Below, piece by piece: positions 8,579 to 20,115 of a stretch of 64,000 nucleotides of DNA. The DNA is taken from positions 4,526,001-4,590,000 of the forward strand of contig CP075494.1 in assembly GCA_021613535.1 (NCBI GenBank), in the 5' to 3' direction. Origin of the DNA: Adineta vaga. Lineage: Eukaryota > Animalia > Rotifera. Numbering within the stretch: position 1 is the stretch's first letter; each line of letters opens with the position of its first letter. The notes under the pieces were generated by a model. The model was not told the DNA's origin and did no database searches. It was given only the letters and a program-made list of their open reading frames with translations. The position numbers and the translations under genes were made by a program.

Positions 8579-10927
8579 ATGTGCTATCAAAATTTCTTCC
8601 GTTTTAATAAAAGATCTTGGCAAGAATCGAAAGCAATGATTTCATTGATAATCTATTGTCTATCTGGTACATTTCTGACTTTATTTAATAAACTTACAAT
8701 CATTCGTTTTCCCTATACAAATATTCTTTTAATTTTACAAAACACTTTCGCTGTTATTCTATTAATATTCTGTTCTCAATGTTTTCGTTCAACATTTGGA
8801 TCTCTACCACGATTAAATCGAATGGTTTTTCAAGTTTGGTTACCATTAGTTATCTTGTTTGTTCTCATGTTAATATCAAGTTTAATTGCATTAATCTATG
8901 TTAGTGTACCAACAGTTATTGTCATGAGAAATTTAACAACTTTATTTGTTTCACTTCTTGAATATTTGTTTCTAAAACATAAAACAACACGTTTTTCTCT
9001 TGTGATATTAATTGGCATGTTATGTGCTGCAATACTCTATGCAAAACATGATTTTACATTTAATATTCGCGGTTATATTTGGTTAGGTGTGAATATTCTT
9101 AGTACAAGTATTTATCAGATTTATATTAAGAAAATTATTCATTTGGTTTATTTTGAAAATATTGGATCGATTGGAATGTCGTATTATAATAATTTATTAT
9201 CTTTACCTTTACTTTGGATAATTGCATGTGGAACAGGAGAATTCAAGAGATTAATCATGGATTCTAATTATGAAATGATTTCGATTCTTTTAATAATTAT
9301 TTCAAGTATTCTTGGCTTTTTATTAAGTATATCGGCATTTACTTTAAACAAATTAATATCTGCAACTTCAATGATGGTTGCTAATAATGTGAACAAATTC
9401 TCTGTTATTCTCCTCAGCGAACTATTTATTAAATCAACTCTTGATCTAGTTGCTTCTATTGGTGCAATATCCGTTCTTTGTCTTGGATGGTTATATTCTC
9501 AAACAACAAAATCAACATTAAAAACAATCTGTCTTATCATTACTATTCTTTTGATGATCTTAGGTGCAATTATTGAATACAAATATACTAAAACTACCGA
9601 AGATTATTATAGTCAATTTCAACCGATTATTTTCAATAAAACAATATTACGCCGATCTCTAAATACTCAGCAAGGAAATGAAATTTATCAATCATATCTT
9701 CCCATATCCAAGAAATCCTATCATATATCTCATCCTAAAATTGATATACGACATGTTCAAAACTATTCTCTTCCACAAAATTGTCGAAATCGAAATGCAT
9801 CGATATGGAAAACATGTGATATTCGTTCTTGTCAACCTTATACTCGTCTACCGAAATGGAATTATCCCCAACAAACAATTTTGCAAGAAAAAACTGATGA
9901 ATTTATTCATCATCTATTAGAAATAGCTTGGGGTAGAAATCCACCTTGGATTGATTTATATTTACGTAGTAGTTGTAATGGTATTATGGAAATGCAATAT
10001 CTTCTTGAAAGTATCAAACTTTTTTGGCCAAGATTTTTAGGTTCTATTATCATTGTTCTTGATGTAAATGATGAGAAAATTTTAAAATATATCTTACCGA
10101 ATCAACCAACACATCATTATATCATTAGTTTTGAACATACACCTTGTTTACCTGGACGAATTTTTAATCAATATAGTTATTTAAATCTTGATCGACATTC
10201 ACATGCTGATTATATTTTAACAGTTGACAGTGATTGTATATTTCATTCACCAGTGACACCGGATTTAATTTTTCGTGATGGAAAAATTATTTTATCGTCA
10301 TCACAAACATTTCAACGAGATCTCTGGTTAAAACCATTGGAAGCTATTATGGGCCTGGGAATGTATGAACGACATTATATGGTAACACAACCAGTGACTT
10401 TTGCTCGATCAACCTTTTCATCATTTCGAAAATGGTTTTGTCAAACGAAAGGACAATGTTATGAAGATCAGCTTACACAATTATTACCAAAATATTATCA
10501 AGAATTTTGTTGGATGTGTCAACTTGGTACTTATTTAGAACGAGGACATGTAGAGAAAAGTGAATATGATACATATTGGTATCAACATTTAGATGATCCA
10601 TCATTAAAACCAATATTACGATATGCAATTCATATTCCATATGAACCATTTAATACAACACAATGTCGAGAGGTATTATGTTATGAGAAAACAGCAAATG
10701 AAATTATTAAGCAAGGATTATGTCGAGCATTTGGTCCATCAATATTTCAATTTTGTATGAATTATAAACATTTTAATTATATAAATAATGTCACATTTTC
10801 TTATGCCCAATTCGAAATTCAAGCAGCAGAAAAATCTGAACGAATCAATGTATTAAATGATTATTTAAAACGTTTAGCAAATGTAACAATGATGGCTTAT
10901 GATTTTAAGAATGTAGGACAATGTTAG
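8579..10927 (+). CDS. Fusion: SLC35/GONST-like GDP-sugar transporter + GT-A-fold glycosyltransferase-like domain
   Basis: ~10 TM segments with RNLTT, SYYNNLLSLP (cf. Vrg4 FYNN) and SATSMMVANNVNK (cf. GALNK/GVVNK). An extra TM follows, then a soluble Cys-rich domain with a DXD motif (YILTVDSDCIF). Intronless. Confidence 0.8.
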   Translation: MCYQNFFRFNKRSWQESKAMISLIIYCLSGTFLTLFNKLTIIRFPYTNILLILQNTFAVILLIFCSQCFRSTFGSLPRLNRMVFQVWLPLVILFVLMLISSLIALIYVSVPTVIVMRNLTTLFVSLLEYLFLKHKTTRFSLVILIGMLCAAILYAKHDFTFNIRGYIWLGVNILSTSIYQIYIKKIIHLVYFENIGSIGMSYYNNLLSLPLLWIIACGTGEFKRLIMDSNYEMISILLIIISSILGFLLSISAFTLNKLISATSMMVANNVNKFSVILLSELFIKSTLDLVASIGAISVLCLGWLYSQTTKSTLKTICLIITILLMILGAIIEYKYTKTTEDYYSQFQPIIFNKTILRRSLNTQQGNEIYQSYLPISKKSYHISHPKIDIRHVQNYSLPQNCRNRNASIWKTCDIRSCQPYTRLPKWNYPQQTILQEKTDEFIHHLLEIAWGRNPPWIDLYLRSSCNGIMEMQYLLESIKLFWPRFLGSIIIVLDVNDEKILKYILPNQPTHHYIISFEHTPCLPGRIFNQYSYLNLDRHSHADYILTVDSDCIFHSPVTPDLIFRDGKIILSSSQTFQRDLWLKPLEAIMGLGMYERHYMVTQPVTFARSTFSSFRKWFCQTKGQCYEDQLTQLLPKYYQEFCWMCQLGTYLERGHVEKSEYDTYWYQHLDDPSLKPILRYAIHIPYEPFNTTQCREVLCYEKTANEIIKQGLCRAFGPSIFQFCMNYKHFNYINNVTFSYAQFEIQAAEKSERINVLNDYLKRLANVTMMAYDFKNVGQC

Positions 10928-11340
10928 TGTCAACCGATGTGACTCGTTGCCACTAACTATATCAGTGTATATTTATATATATATACATATTCTTTTCTTT
11001 CCTGTCGTTTATGCTTTTGTTCTGTGATTCTTTAGGACATCTTTGATGACCTTTTGTTACGCAATATCATGTCCGTATATTATTACGTCATTATATTGCG
11101 TCGTTGATTTTCTCTAGTTGTTCCAGTTTCCTCCTTGTCTCGTTTCTCTTTTTTTCTACCACTTATTGTTGTTTGTCCATTTACTGATTTTCATCAATAA
11201 AGACATTTACATTCACACTTACATTCATTATCATTTACGTGAGTTCTCTTTCATTAGGACAGATCCCGTTCTCAGAGTTTAGCCTCCTCTGTTTTGGAGG
11301 CTACAGTCAGGGTTATTACACGTTATTAGAGATCCTCACA
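10922..11340 (+). mobile_element. Solo LTR (419 bp) with 5-bp target-site duplication GACAA
   Basis: Termini TGTTAG...CTCACA; GACAA at 10917-10921 and 11341-11345; AATAAA at 11196; 8-bp hairpin TAGCCTCC/GGAGGCTA at 11280-11303; no ORF. Confidence 0.8.
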
Positions 11341-11597
11341 GACAATGAATATAGAAAGTGGTTTTCATGTTTGTGATAAAAGTTCATCAATATTTTAACT
11401 ATAGCTTGACTATACATTCTATAGATTCAATTGGAATACTATGGAAATCTCCTTTTAATAAAGATACACACTCATTCTGAATTGACCAAATCAATGCTGA
11501 AATTGAGTTCTTGTTTGTACTTTATTATAATGATTAAAATAAATAGAAAAATAAAATATAATATTGTGATCGAACGTAGACTAATTTATATGAATGC

Positions 11598-12367
11598 CTA
11601 AATTGTATTGATTGATCTAGTATGAACAAGTGCTTCACAAGATGATTTGAGTGTTGCTAATTCATTGGTTAATTGATCAACTCGAGTAATCAGTTGTTGA
11701 TTTTCATTGATTAACATAGTCATTTTCAATGCTTTTAATTTTTTGTCTTCTTTATCTTTTTCTCGAGTTCTTTTTACTGCTCGATTATTTTTCAATCGTC
11801 GATGATGATATTCTTCAGAATATTTAATCACTTTCTTATTTCCAAATCGAGTCCATTGTAAAGAAGAATCGGAATTTAGTCCAGAATCATTCGACGTTGA
11901 ATCTGTCGAAACGATTATCGTATCGTTAGTGATCGAGCTAGTTACAGTTTCATAATTTTGGATTAATATTGAGTGGCATTGATTGTCGAATATATCTACG
12001 TGAGAACTGGATAATTTTTCAAAAGAATTGGGAATATTTGAAGTAACGGATGAGTCATGTAATTCTTCATTGGTCAAAACAAAATCATCAAGTGATGTAA
12101 AAAGTTCATTTTCTTCAAAACTATTTGAATCGCATGATAATGAATCGATCAATAAGTCAGTAGATGATTCGGTTGTTGCTGATTTCGTTGATGTGTTTGG
12201 AGAAAGGACATTGATAGATGTCATCCTTGTTAGCGAGATGTCCATATTGAGTATCTAAAAGATAAATATAAGGTCTGTTCTCTTGAAATGATATACTTTA
12301 ATGCCAGACTTACCGGATCCTTTAAAGAACCCTTTTCGGTGTTTATTATTTGTTGATCGTGAGACAT
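11598..12367 (-). CDS. C/EBP-like bZIP transcription factor (2 exons)
   Basis: Basic region KYSEEYHHRRLKNNRAVKRTREK followed by a leucine zipper. Phase-0 intron 12255-12313 (GTAAGT...TTTAG) joins exon MSHDQQ...KDP. Confidence 0.85.
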
Positions 12368-12551
12368 TTGATTTAAATTCTGAGAATAGCATAATATTTG
12401 TGTAGAAGAATCAACTGGATTTTGTTGTGTGGAACCTTGTTTGCTGAAGATACCAAATATAATTTTAAAAAGACGATTATGTGTGTAAACGTAAGTCTGC
12501 AATGTGTCGAATGAAAGTCTGTATGTTGATGACAAATCAAATGCTATAGTT

Positions 12552-12671
12552 ATTGCGAAATTCTTTCGAAAAAGAAATATTCCCATTTTTTTATTTGCTT
12601 TCTGTTATTCTAGTGACGCAATATCGTTTCGCAATAATATCAAAGATGAGTCAGACATGTAATTTCGTCAT
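12552..12671. promoter_or_regulatory. Cluster of bZIP binding-site-like motifs
   Basis: ATTGCGAAAT (12552), GTGACGCAAT (12613), TTTCGCAAT (12627), TGAGTCA (12647) and TTTCGTCAT (12663), upstream of the bZIP gene. Confidence 0.5.
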
Positions 12672-13057
12672 CATATAGAAAATGAAGAAGGATGGTTCAG
12701 ACATGAGTTATTATTGATTCTGATGTTAGATCAAATACATATAACTAAAAATATGTGTATAATTCTAATCACACAGATATTAAGTAAGAATGACAATAAT
12801 TTCAATTTACAGTTTATTTCGATAAATCATAAAATTATTCAAATTTTCACTAACAACCATGGAGAAATCATTTGAGTTCGTACAATCTATGAAACGAGGA
12901 TGATCATGCAAGATCGAAGAGTCGAAACGAAAAACAAAAAGAAAACAACGTTACCATCAGTAGCTCTCTACTTTTCTTATCACATTAACACTGTAGAAAT
13001 AATTGATAAGAAAAGTTGACATACTTTGCAATCATTACATTTCGTCGTTATACATCG

Positions 13058-14650
13058 ATGATGTCGAAGTATTTTTCATTTTTTATTTTCATTTCTCTTC
13101 TATTTGTATCATCTTCATCGGATTCGATTTTATCAGAAAAAGAATTGAAATTAATTCGCTATCTATCCTATTTAACACATCTTCAAACAACATCAACAAC
13201 CAATATTACTTGGAATGGTTGGGAAAAAAATTACGATGGTCCTCAACTTGGTTTAGATTCGATTCGATATCCTCTCGCTCATATCGGTTACACCGCTGCA
13301 GCTTTAGCATATCGAACGCCGAACTATCGTGAATTAGCTTTAAATATTTTAAATGATACCATAAAACGTATGTTAACTATACAAGTATGGGGATATATCG
13401 ATCAATATTGGAAGAAAACATCGACATTTCCAGATCCTGTTTATTATGAAAATATTATGTATAGTGGACATCTTTTACAATTAATAACATTATATGAAAG
13501 TATTTCTGGAGATTTTATCTATGATACACAAGGCTTTGATTTCATTTGGAATAAAGATGGACAATCTGTAACTAAAATTCATTATACAACAACACAACTT
13601 GCTTATGTTATTTATCGTCAAATGAATGAAGAATCTTCAGCAGGTGTTTCATGTGAACCAGGATGGGTCTATACAATTTGTCAAAATCATCCACATCTTG
13701 GTTTAAAACTCTATGATATCGTTCGTAATAGTACTACAACATTTTCACAAATATCATCAAAATGGAAAGATTTTCTCAATCATCATGCACTCGAAGATAT
13801 TCCATTGTATAAAAAAGATCGATATTTTAAAATGTTATATCAACGTTCTACTCATATTTGGGTACCATTTTTTGCTGCGACAGGTAATGATGGATGGGCA
13901 TTAGCGTGGATGTCATCTTGGTACGATCAAAATCAAACATCAAATTTTATCTGCAATGGATGGGAAGTAATGTATAAGAATAAATATTGGATAGTGTCGA
14001 AAAATCATAGTTTATCCAGTTGTTACCTCGAAGCGGGTGGTTATATTGGTGTTCGAATGCAAATGAATCGTTGGATAGCAACATCATTTTATCCCATTGT
14101 TGAAAAGCAATGTTCAACAACGAAGACAGAAAAATTAACATGTGCTTATTCATGGTTTGAAAATGATTTCGGATTGTTAGTAGATACAGATCATGATGGA
14201 TATTTCGAATCGTTTTACTATGAAACCAATACAGTTTATTCGAATTGGGTTACCACAAATGTTTTATTGTCATTGTTAATGGGAGAGAACGGAGATGAGA
14301 CAAGAGAATTTTTAAGAAAAATTTATACAACAAAATTTCATGAAAAATTTCTTAATGATGAACCAGAAATTTTAGCTGTTCAATATCCATCAGTACGTGT
14401 TACACGGGCACAATATGATTCGAACACAAAACTATTAATTCTTAATTTCAACACAGAGAAACCAATGATTTTATCAACACAATTCGATTTAAGATATCCA
14501 TATTCATTTTTAACTATTTCAAATATGACACGTGATGGTACACGTGATGGATTTACATCAAAACAGATAGCCAACAATAGAATAAGAATTGAATATTCTT
14601 ATAATACTTTGGAAAGACAAAATACAGAATTTCATATATTATTTCATTAA
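13058..14650 (+). CDS. Linalool dehydratase/isomerase-like secreted protein
   Basis: Signal peptide. IRYPLAHIGY, ENIMYSGHLLQLITLYE and SCEPGWVYTICQNH match the LinD family, including both Cys of the CEP...C motif. Intronless. Confidence 0.75.
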   Translation: MMSKYFSFFIFISLLFVSSSSDSILSEKELKLIRYLSYLTHLQTTSTTNITWNGWEKNYDGPQLGLDSIRYPLAHIGYTAAALAYRTPNYRELALNILNDTIKRMLTIQVWGYIDQYWKKTSTFPDPVYYENIMYSGHLLQLITLYESISGDFIYDTQGFDFIWNKDGQSVTKIHYTTTQLAYVIYRQMNEESSAGVSCEPGWVYTICQNHPHLGLKLYDIVRNSTTTFSQISSKWKDFLNHHALEDIPLYKKDRYFKMLYQRSTHIWVPFFAATGNDGWALAWMSSWYDQNQTSNFICNGWEVMYKNKYWIVSKNHSLSSCYLEAGGYIGVRMQMNRWIATSFYPIVEKQCSTTKTEKLTCAYSWFENDFGLLVDTDHDGYFESFYYETNTVYSNWVTTNVLLSLLMGENGDETREFLRKIYTTKFHEKFLNDEPEILAVQYPSVRVTRAQYDSNTKLLILNFNTEKPMILSTQFDLRYPYSFLTISNMTRDGTRDGFTSKQIANNRIRIEYSYNTLERQNTEFHILFH

Positions 14651-15061
14651 ATTGTGTTTTTCTAATAAATTTTGTCGATTCAATTTCTTACATGTGAACG
14701 TTATACGCGGTCGTTGAGTGTATAACTATAATATTATTCGATTTTACTGAATACTCACACCTACATATTCACGTCGTATGTGTTTTAGTGATAGAAGACT
14801 TCTTTTTCTTCTTTCTTCTAAATAACTCTTCGAATGATGAAGAATCTAATTGCTGACAGTTTTTGATTGAAGACGATCTTTTTCCTAAGTTTTCACATTA
14901 AATTTGAAATAAAGATAAAAATAAAAAAAAGAGCGCTTGAGATGATAATTCAATTGCAAGAGCATAAACATCGTAAAAAGGAAGACTATTGGCACTTTTT
15001 AAATGTATTTCTGAAGTAAAAATATTACATTATTTGTATTTTTTCCACATACATTGGAGTC

Positions 15062-16597
15062 ATGCTCAACCGTTACTTCAAAATTTTTATTCTGATCGAA
15101 TGGATATGGACACCAGTTTATCTACAAATGATTTGGCAATCAAAAACTAAAATATCAGATGCTGGTTTTAAATTTTCTCCTATTGACGAACAATCACTTT
15201 TTCTGTTTCAATATACTGCTAGTTCTTTAATTACTTGTACAACAATTTGTCATTCAACTACACGTTGTCGTATTTTTGATTACGATGATCAAACACATCA
15301 GTGTCGTCTTTTTGAAGGAGATTTGACAACAATGGGTTCAATTATTGTTTCATCATCATCACAATCACGTGTCGGATCTATTCAAATGTCTGGTCAACAG
15401 TTTCTTAATGTTGGACAGCCTTGTTCATTTTGTCAAGGAAACACATATTTAATATGTTTGAATACAACTTGCCAATGTCCATTACATACGTATTTTGATG
15501 GAATCATCTGTCGAAGTCAAAGATTACTTGGAGCTACATGCAATACAAGTAGAGAATGTCGGACTGATTTAAATTATACATGTTTGCCACGGCAACAGTG
15601 TGGTCGTAAGTATTAAGAATCTTTTTTTCTCAGAATTGATCTTTACAATATTTCGATTTTTATAGCACTTTCTGTGTTGAATGGTGTTACTGTTGCTGGT
15701 AATGCAAATGGTGCCGCTGGAAGTACATCGAGTGCATTAAATAATCCAATGGGAATAGCCGTAGATTCATATGGTTCAATTTATGTCAGTGATTACAATA
15801 ATTCTCGCGTTATTAGATTTCAAGAAGGATCTTTAAATGGTACAATTGTTGCTGGTACTGGAACAGCTGGCAGTTCAAACATGCAATTAAAAGGACCAAG
15901 CGGAATACACGTAGATTCATCATCGAATATTTATGTCTCTGATAGTTGGAACTATCGAGTCATGTTTTGGCAGAAGAACGCTTTCAATGGAAGTCGTGTA
16001 GCAGGTACTGGAGTTTATGGAAATTCTTTTACTACATTCGATACTATCGCTGCTGTTGTTGTCGATTCGTTGAGAAATATTTATATAAGTGATCCTTTCC
16101 ATAATCGAGTCGTAAGATGGGCAATGAATGCTTCTACTAGTACGCTTGTGGCTGGTACAGGAATAGCTGGAAATAATAATCAACGATTAAAGGAGTCATA
16201 TGGTTTATATCTAGATGAATCGAATTCAGATCTTTATATTGCTGATACTGGCAATAGTCGTATTCAACTTTATAAAACGGACAATCCAAACAATGGTACT
16301 ACAGTTGCTGGTGGAAATGGTCCCGGAACAGGAAGTAATCAATTAAATATGCCTGTGGGTATTGTTGTTTCGAAAAAGACAGGTTCTATGTACATCACTG
16401 ATTATTTAAATCACCGAATACAGCGTTGGAATCTCGGAGCAACAAGTGGAGTAACAATAGCAGGTATTACTGGTGTAAACGGTGTCAATGCAACTTTATT
16501 AAATAATCCGTATGAACTTACATTGAATCATAATGAAACTTATCTTTATGTCAGTGATAAAAGTAATAATAGAGTACAACGCTTTTTGCTTATTTGA
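15062..16597 (+). CDS. Secreted PAN/Apple + EB-like + NHL-repeat protein (2 exons)
   Basis: Cys-rich N-terminus; intron 15606-15665; six NHL repeats (e.g. LNNPMGIAVDSYGSIYVSDYNNSRV). Confidence 0.85.
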
Positions 16598-17638
16598 CTA
16601 AATCCTGTATGCTCTTTGAATGTTTTATTGTAATTGTTCTTGGAAAACCCTTATAAAATAAAGATAAAATTTCAGCAAAAGAACGATCTTCACTCTTGAA
16701 AATTCGAGAAATCGATTGCAAAATCAAGAAGATAATCTATTTTGAGGGTGTGGATTTGGCTGAGGGTACTCCAATCTCCTGTCACCCACACTCCGTAATC
16801 CTGTACGTCGCTTGAAAACTAATAAATGACATCTTCACTGTATAGTTGTTTATATCTAATTTTTAAGTACGTACTTAGCTTTTTTTCTAATAAATGTCAA
16901 TCTACAATACTTATGTTTCTTGCCTAATATACTTTCACTAAATAAAAACGCCTTTTCAAAACACAACACACATACGCTTCATTTCCTTGACATCATTCTA
17001 TCTTATAGTCTAATGTTGATCTAACTTGGTCTTAACGTACAGGCGAATACTTTTAGGAAAAACTCGAATCTGACGCTATAAGATAACCTACCTGAATATC
17101 ATTTTTATTTTATATTAAATCTATAGAGAAAATCTTCACAGATTGAATAATATATATATATTAATTTCTATGAAGATTGATTGTTGATGCGTATATTCAT
17201 CAAAAAAATGATCGTTACAATATTGAAGATCGAAATTCATAGCAAGAAGAATAATTAATAGTATTGTATATTTCATTTTCATTGTCAATTAAAAGAAGCT
17301 ATTGTTCAACATATAGACGGCGCACAATGTACTTTTCCTTTTCGTTTTTTTTTGTTGATGCACAGAAAGATGCATCTGTATTATTTCTTGGAGACGAACT
17401 AAAACTTGCACTGTTCAAAAACAATTCATAGCACAATTTCGTTGACAAACCAATGAATGAAATCATTAGAGAAATATAAGATATAATATATCAACAGATG
17501 TCAATTGATGACGAAGGAAATGAAAGAGACGAACATTAGACCATAAATATATTACGTCCAATGAAGAAAAATGAGTCAGAAGTTAAACAATGATAATGAA
17601 AGAAATGAATAGTCATTATTGTTTCAACTTTGAATTTA

Positions 17639-18124
17639 ATGGAATTCAATATTATTTTCTTGGATATTGACGGAGTATTATGTTTAAATCGTAAGATTAG
17701 TCAAGATTGTTTACAACATTTGAAAACAATTGTTGACAGGACATCTGCACGAATAGTTTTATCATCATCTTGGAAGTAAGAATCAAATGAAGAATTTTCT
17801 ACTGTAAGAATTTAAGTTTTTAGATTGTTTCCAAAATCTCGTGCACAAATTGAATCAAGATTTAAAGATATTGGTATTGAACCTTTACTAGGTTGGACAA
17901 GTTCTCGTGGTAAAACTCGAGTCGACGAGATCTATTATTGGTTGAAATTCTTCGATAATAAAACTATAGAAGACGATATTTCGATTAAGAAATGGATTGT
18001 CATTGATGATATGGATTTATTGAAATTAGACAAAAAACGAATGGAGAATCATTTTGTTTTAACAGAAGAAGAACATGGAATTACTGACGAAACTGTCAAA
18101 GAAGCTATTCGATTACTGTCTTAA
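17639..18124 (+). CDS. HAD-superfamily phosphatase (HAD_SAK_2-like), 2 exons
   Basis: IIFLDIDGVL, IVLSSSW and WIVIDDMDL motifs; intron 17776-17823 (GTAAGA...TTTAG). Confidence 0.8.
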
Positions 18125-18198
18125 TATTACTCTCTCAAAACCGTATGTATAAAAATTTGACTCATCAAAAAAGCACATTACACAATAATTTATTATTA

Positions 18199-20115
18199 TT
18201 ACCACCATATATAACATATTCGTAATTCAGATACAAAATCCATTGTAAAATTCTTTAACAATTGATTATATTTGATCATAGACAACGTTCGATTGAAGTC
18301 GCTTTTCGTAAAATCATGAATACATATAAAATGTAAATGACGTGTATTTGATAATAAAAATAATAGAATCGAACGTAAATCTGAATATTTTTCGATTCTT
18401 AAATATTCCAATTGTGGACAAAGACGAATTAAGAATTGAATTTTTTCAAATGATAATTGCTTAGAAATTATTAAACGTTTAATTTGATTTGTTTTCGATA
18501 AGAGTTCAATCTTTCTGCTAAAATCACCGTAATAATCAAAGATTAATGTTTTAATGTTCGGAATAATGTTTAATAATTCAATCAGAAATACAAATGAGTT
18601 TGGAAAAGCTTTAATATGTAATGTCGTCAGTTGTTCTAATCGAAGTATAGTACTGAGAGAAGAAAAATCTTGATCATTGCAAGTCAAAGTGAGTTTAGTT
18701 GCAGATGGAAAAGTATTCCGACAATTAATAATCGCATTTGTATTTTCAATAACAACATGGTTAACAGACTTTAGTGGAACTTTTTTACCAAAAGTTTGAT
18801 GATTATTTCCAATTATAATGAACTTCTTCATACTAAACACAAAACAAAGAAATCAATCTATTTCTCAACAATTATATTCTATTTAACCTGAATGGATTGA
18901 TGGAATAGAAATCGACAGTTATTTTATAAGAAACTGTAGAAATATTATGTTCAAAAAACCATTGTCGTTCCAACCAAAATGAAGTATGAAATTGCCGAAG
19001 AATAAGTTTTAATGATGGTCGATTGTCAATCGTAAAACGAAAATGAACAGAAAAGGTTTTCAAATTTGGCATAGAAGACATGATTAACTGTTCCCAATCA
19101 TTTGCATTAAAATAATGCGAATCATTCATTTGTGATAAATGTAATATTTCAAGATGTTCACCATGAGTTTTAATGAATGATTTGAAAAATTCAAAAGAAA
19201 TCATTAGTTTCGTTATTATTAATTTCGTTAACGGTTTCTTCAAACGAGAACAATGCATTATTGGCCCATAAGTATTTCCACAAAGTTGATTGACAGTTAA
19301 ATATCGTAGTTTAGATTTTCCCGATAGTAATGAATTCAAATTTGCAATCCAAATATTACTATCGATAATAAGATGTTCAATTGAACTATCCGAATCATCC
19401 AACAAGCGAAACAAAGAATGAACAGAATATGTTTCAAATTTAACTCGACAATATTTGAGGACAGGTAATTGAAAAAGTTCGAGAAAATACTTAACAGGAT
19501 TTTTTGATTTTTCATGACAAAGAATGGTTAAGGAATGAAGATTAGGAAGAGTTCGTAAACTCTTCAGAATGTTAATTACATGACGTTTTTCAATATTGTT
19601 AAGAATCAGTGTTTGAAGTTGAGAATAATTCGATAGAAGAGGAAATGAATAAGCTTTGAACATAAGATTGACAACGAATGAATTCGATAAAGAAAGTGAT
19701 TTAATTTGATATTGTTTGTGAATGATTGTGTTTTTATGATAATAATCAAACGCTGATTTTGATAATATTGATGGATTGAGTTGAATTGGTACGGTCCATT
19801 GGAGTAGAAAACTTTCAAATCTTATATTTAGATTCGAAAAAGCTAAATACATGTGATAAAATTCGAGATAATCGAATATTTCATAGAGAATTTCATTAGC
19901 GAGATCTTCAAATTGAGTACTAAAACAAATGAAAATGACAAAAAAGCATTCTATATAAATTTACGAACATATTCGAATTGATTTGTTCTTCTACAAATTA
20001 AAAAAAAACTTTTTAATTCATTAGAAATAACAAAGAAATTATAATTACTCTGTGTCTTCTTCTTCTTCTTCTTCTTATTTCGGTCAACAGTATTATCTCG
20101 ATAGGATCGCTTCAT
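18199..20115 (-). CDS. F-box-like / LRR-like protein (multi-exon)
   Basis: FEDLANEILYEIFDYL at ~19860-19915, followed by leucine-rich repeats in ORFs 18872-19852 and 18199-18840. A Lys-rich first exon is likely; exact exon borders are uncertain. Confidence 0.7.

Noticed and set aside
6049-10927. Bacterial contamination or O-antigen operon
   Set aside because: The genes are divergent/convergent rather than co-oriented, neighbours have spliceosomal introns, the transporter is a eukaryotic SLC35 type, and an LTR is inserted.
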